Shown here piece after piece: positions 6,367 through 7,267 of a stretch of 7,267 nucleotides of DNA. The first letter of the stretch is position 1. Each line of letters begins with the position of its first letter. Both the position numbers and the translations under genes were made by a program. This stretch comes from a virus (lineage: Duplodnaviria; Heunggongvirae; Uroviricota; Caudoviricetes). The stretch spans positions 1 to 7,267 of the IMG/VR virus record IMGVR_UViG_3300029745_000183; one strand, 5' to 3'. Below the pieces are notes generated by a model. That model searched no databases and was not told the origin of the DNA. It saw only the letters and a list, made by a program, of their open reading frames with translations.

Positions 6367-6993
6367 ATGGAAACGGTTGGTCAGCGTATAAAAGCTCTGA
6401 GAAGAGTTACCGGAACGTCCCAGAAAGAATTGGGTAAATTTTGTGGAGTAAGCGACGTTGCTGTGGGGTACTGGGAGAAAGACATCAATACCCCTGGTGG
6501 GGAGGCACTTTCGAAATTAGCGAAGTTCTTCAATACGTCAATAGATTACATTCTTTATGGTGCTGAGTTTGAAGGCAAACTCGTCACAAACATGCGCAGA
6601 GTTCCTGTAATATCGTGGGTTCAGGCTGGGCAGTTTACTGAGTGCAGGGCAGCAGAAGTGTTTAGTGAAGTGGACAAGTGGGTAGATACATCATTAAAGA
6701 TTGGTGATAACTCATTTGCATTAGAGGTTAAAGGTGACTCCATGACTAACCCTAATGGCCTCCCAACAATACCAGAAGGCGCAACAGTGATTGTAGATCC
6801 AGATGCAGAACCTCGTCATGGAAAAATAGTCATCGCTCGACTTGATGGAACAAACGAAGCTACAGTAAAAAAATTAGTCATCGATGGCCCTCAAAAGTTT
6901 TTAGTGCCATTAAATCCTCGGTATCCCAACATCCCTATCAATGGTAATTGCCTTATCATTGGTGTAGTCAAAGGAGTTCAATACGAACTCTAA
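6367..6993 (+). CDS. CI-like prophage repressor: N-terminal XRE HTH plus C-terminal S24 (LexA-like) autopeptidase domain, 208 aa
   Basis: HTH at the N-terminus (QKELGKFCGVSDVAVGYWE). Ala-Gly cleavage-site candidate in WVQAGQF. Catalytic Ser in KGDSM and Lys in ATVKKL, as in LexA and lambda CI. Confidence 0.88.
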   Translation: METVGQRIKALRRVTGTSQKELGKFCGVSDVAVGYWEKDINTPGGEALSKLAKFFNTSIDYILYGAEFEGKLVTNMRRVPVISWVQAGQFTECRAAEVFSEVDKWVDTSLKIGDNSFALEVKGDSMTNPNGLPTIPEGATVIVDPDAEPRHGKIVIARLDGTNEATVKKLVIDGPQKFLVPLNPRYPNIPINGNCLIIGVVKGVQYEL

Positions 6994-7058
6994 GACCTCT
7001 CTTCTCTAACTAAGGCACCGAACTAAGAAAAGTTTGGTGTTTTCTCTTGCCATAATAA

Positions 7059-7072
7059 CTAAGTTAAGTTAG
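7059..7072. promoter_or_regulatory. Third operator-like inverted repeat CTAAG-ttaa-GTTAG downstream of the repressor gene
   Basis: Same half-site architecture as the two sites in the cro-cI intergenic region. Lies in a 247-bp untranslated region upstream of the next + strand gene, where a pL/oL equivalent would be expected. Confidence 0.3.
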
Positions 7073-7240
7073 ATTTTATATCAAAGATAACGAACAGGCA
7101 GGACGCCCACGAAGTAGCCGCCTGGGGCATATGAAGTCCAGGATGATTCGTTAGCAACAAAAAAGCGCCCTACAGGACGCTTAGCTCTTTAACAATCTGG
7201 TCCCCATCAACAAGTAACTGATAACTTGAGGAGGTGTGAA

Positions 7241-7267
7241 ATGCACAAAACAGAACCAAAAATCGTC
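7241..7267 (+). CDS. 5' end of an unidentified gene (first 9 codons, MHKTEPKIV), truncated by the window end
   Basis: ATG at 7241 preceded by a strong GAGGAGG SD with a 6-nt spacer. Co-oriented with the repressor gene. Confidence 0.4.

Larger units (their letters stand above)
1..7267. mobile_element. Segment of an e14-like lambdoid prophage or phage-derived element: immunity switch, early-left cargo, xis-int, icd-associated att region, mcrA and pin
   Basis: Co-occurrence of a lambda-Int-like integrase with overlapping xis, an icd 3' fragment at the att region, McrA, Pin invertase and a divergent Cro/CI pair. This gene set is characteristic of the E. coli e14 element, which integrates into icd. 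Confidence 0.8.

Overview
This window reads as a compact e14-like lambdoid prophage (Escherichia-type codon usage), called from motifs and remembered protein families only; no database search was possible. Left to right: the 3' end of an unknown gene (1-192), a 52-aa overlapping ORF (189-347) and a DGQHR-domain DndB-like protein (344-1408) in one apparently translationally coupled early-left module; a TraR/DksA-type zinc-finger gene; a small hypothetical gene; xis overlapping a lambda-Int-like integrase; a repeat-rich spacer and strong hairpin terminator; a 165-bp 3' fragment of isocitrate dehydrogenase (icd) on the minus strand whose homology stops abruptly; an AT-rich arm; mcrA and the pin invertase on the minus strand; a hix/gix-like crossover site and an orphan tail-fibre-like fragment; then a divergent Cro-like / S24-peptidase CI-like immunity switch and the first 9 codons of a further gene. 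The candidate undescribed system is the DGQHR module, which has no DndC/D/E partners in view. Also notable are the attP-like placement of the icd fragment between int and mcrA, the collapsed Pin inversion module, and the absence of replication and morphogenesis genes in the window.
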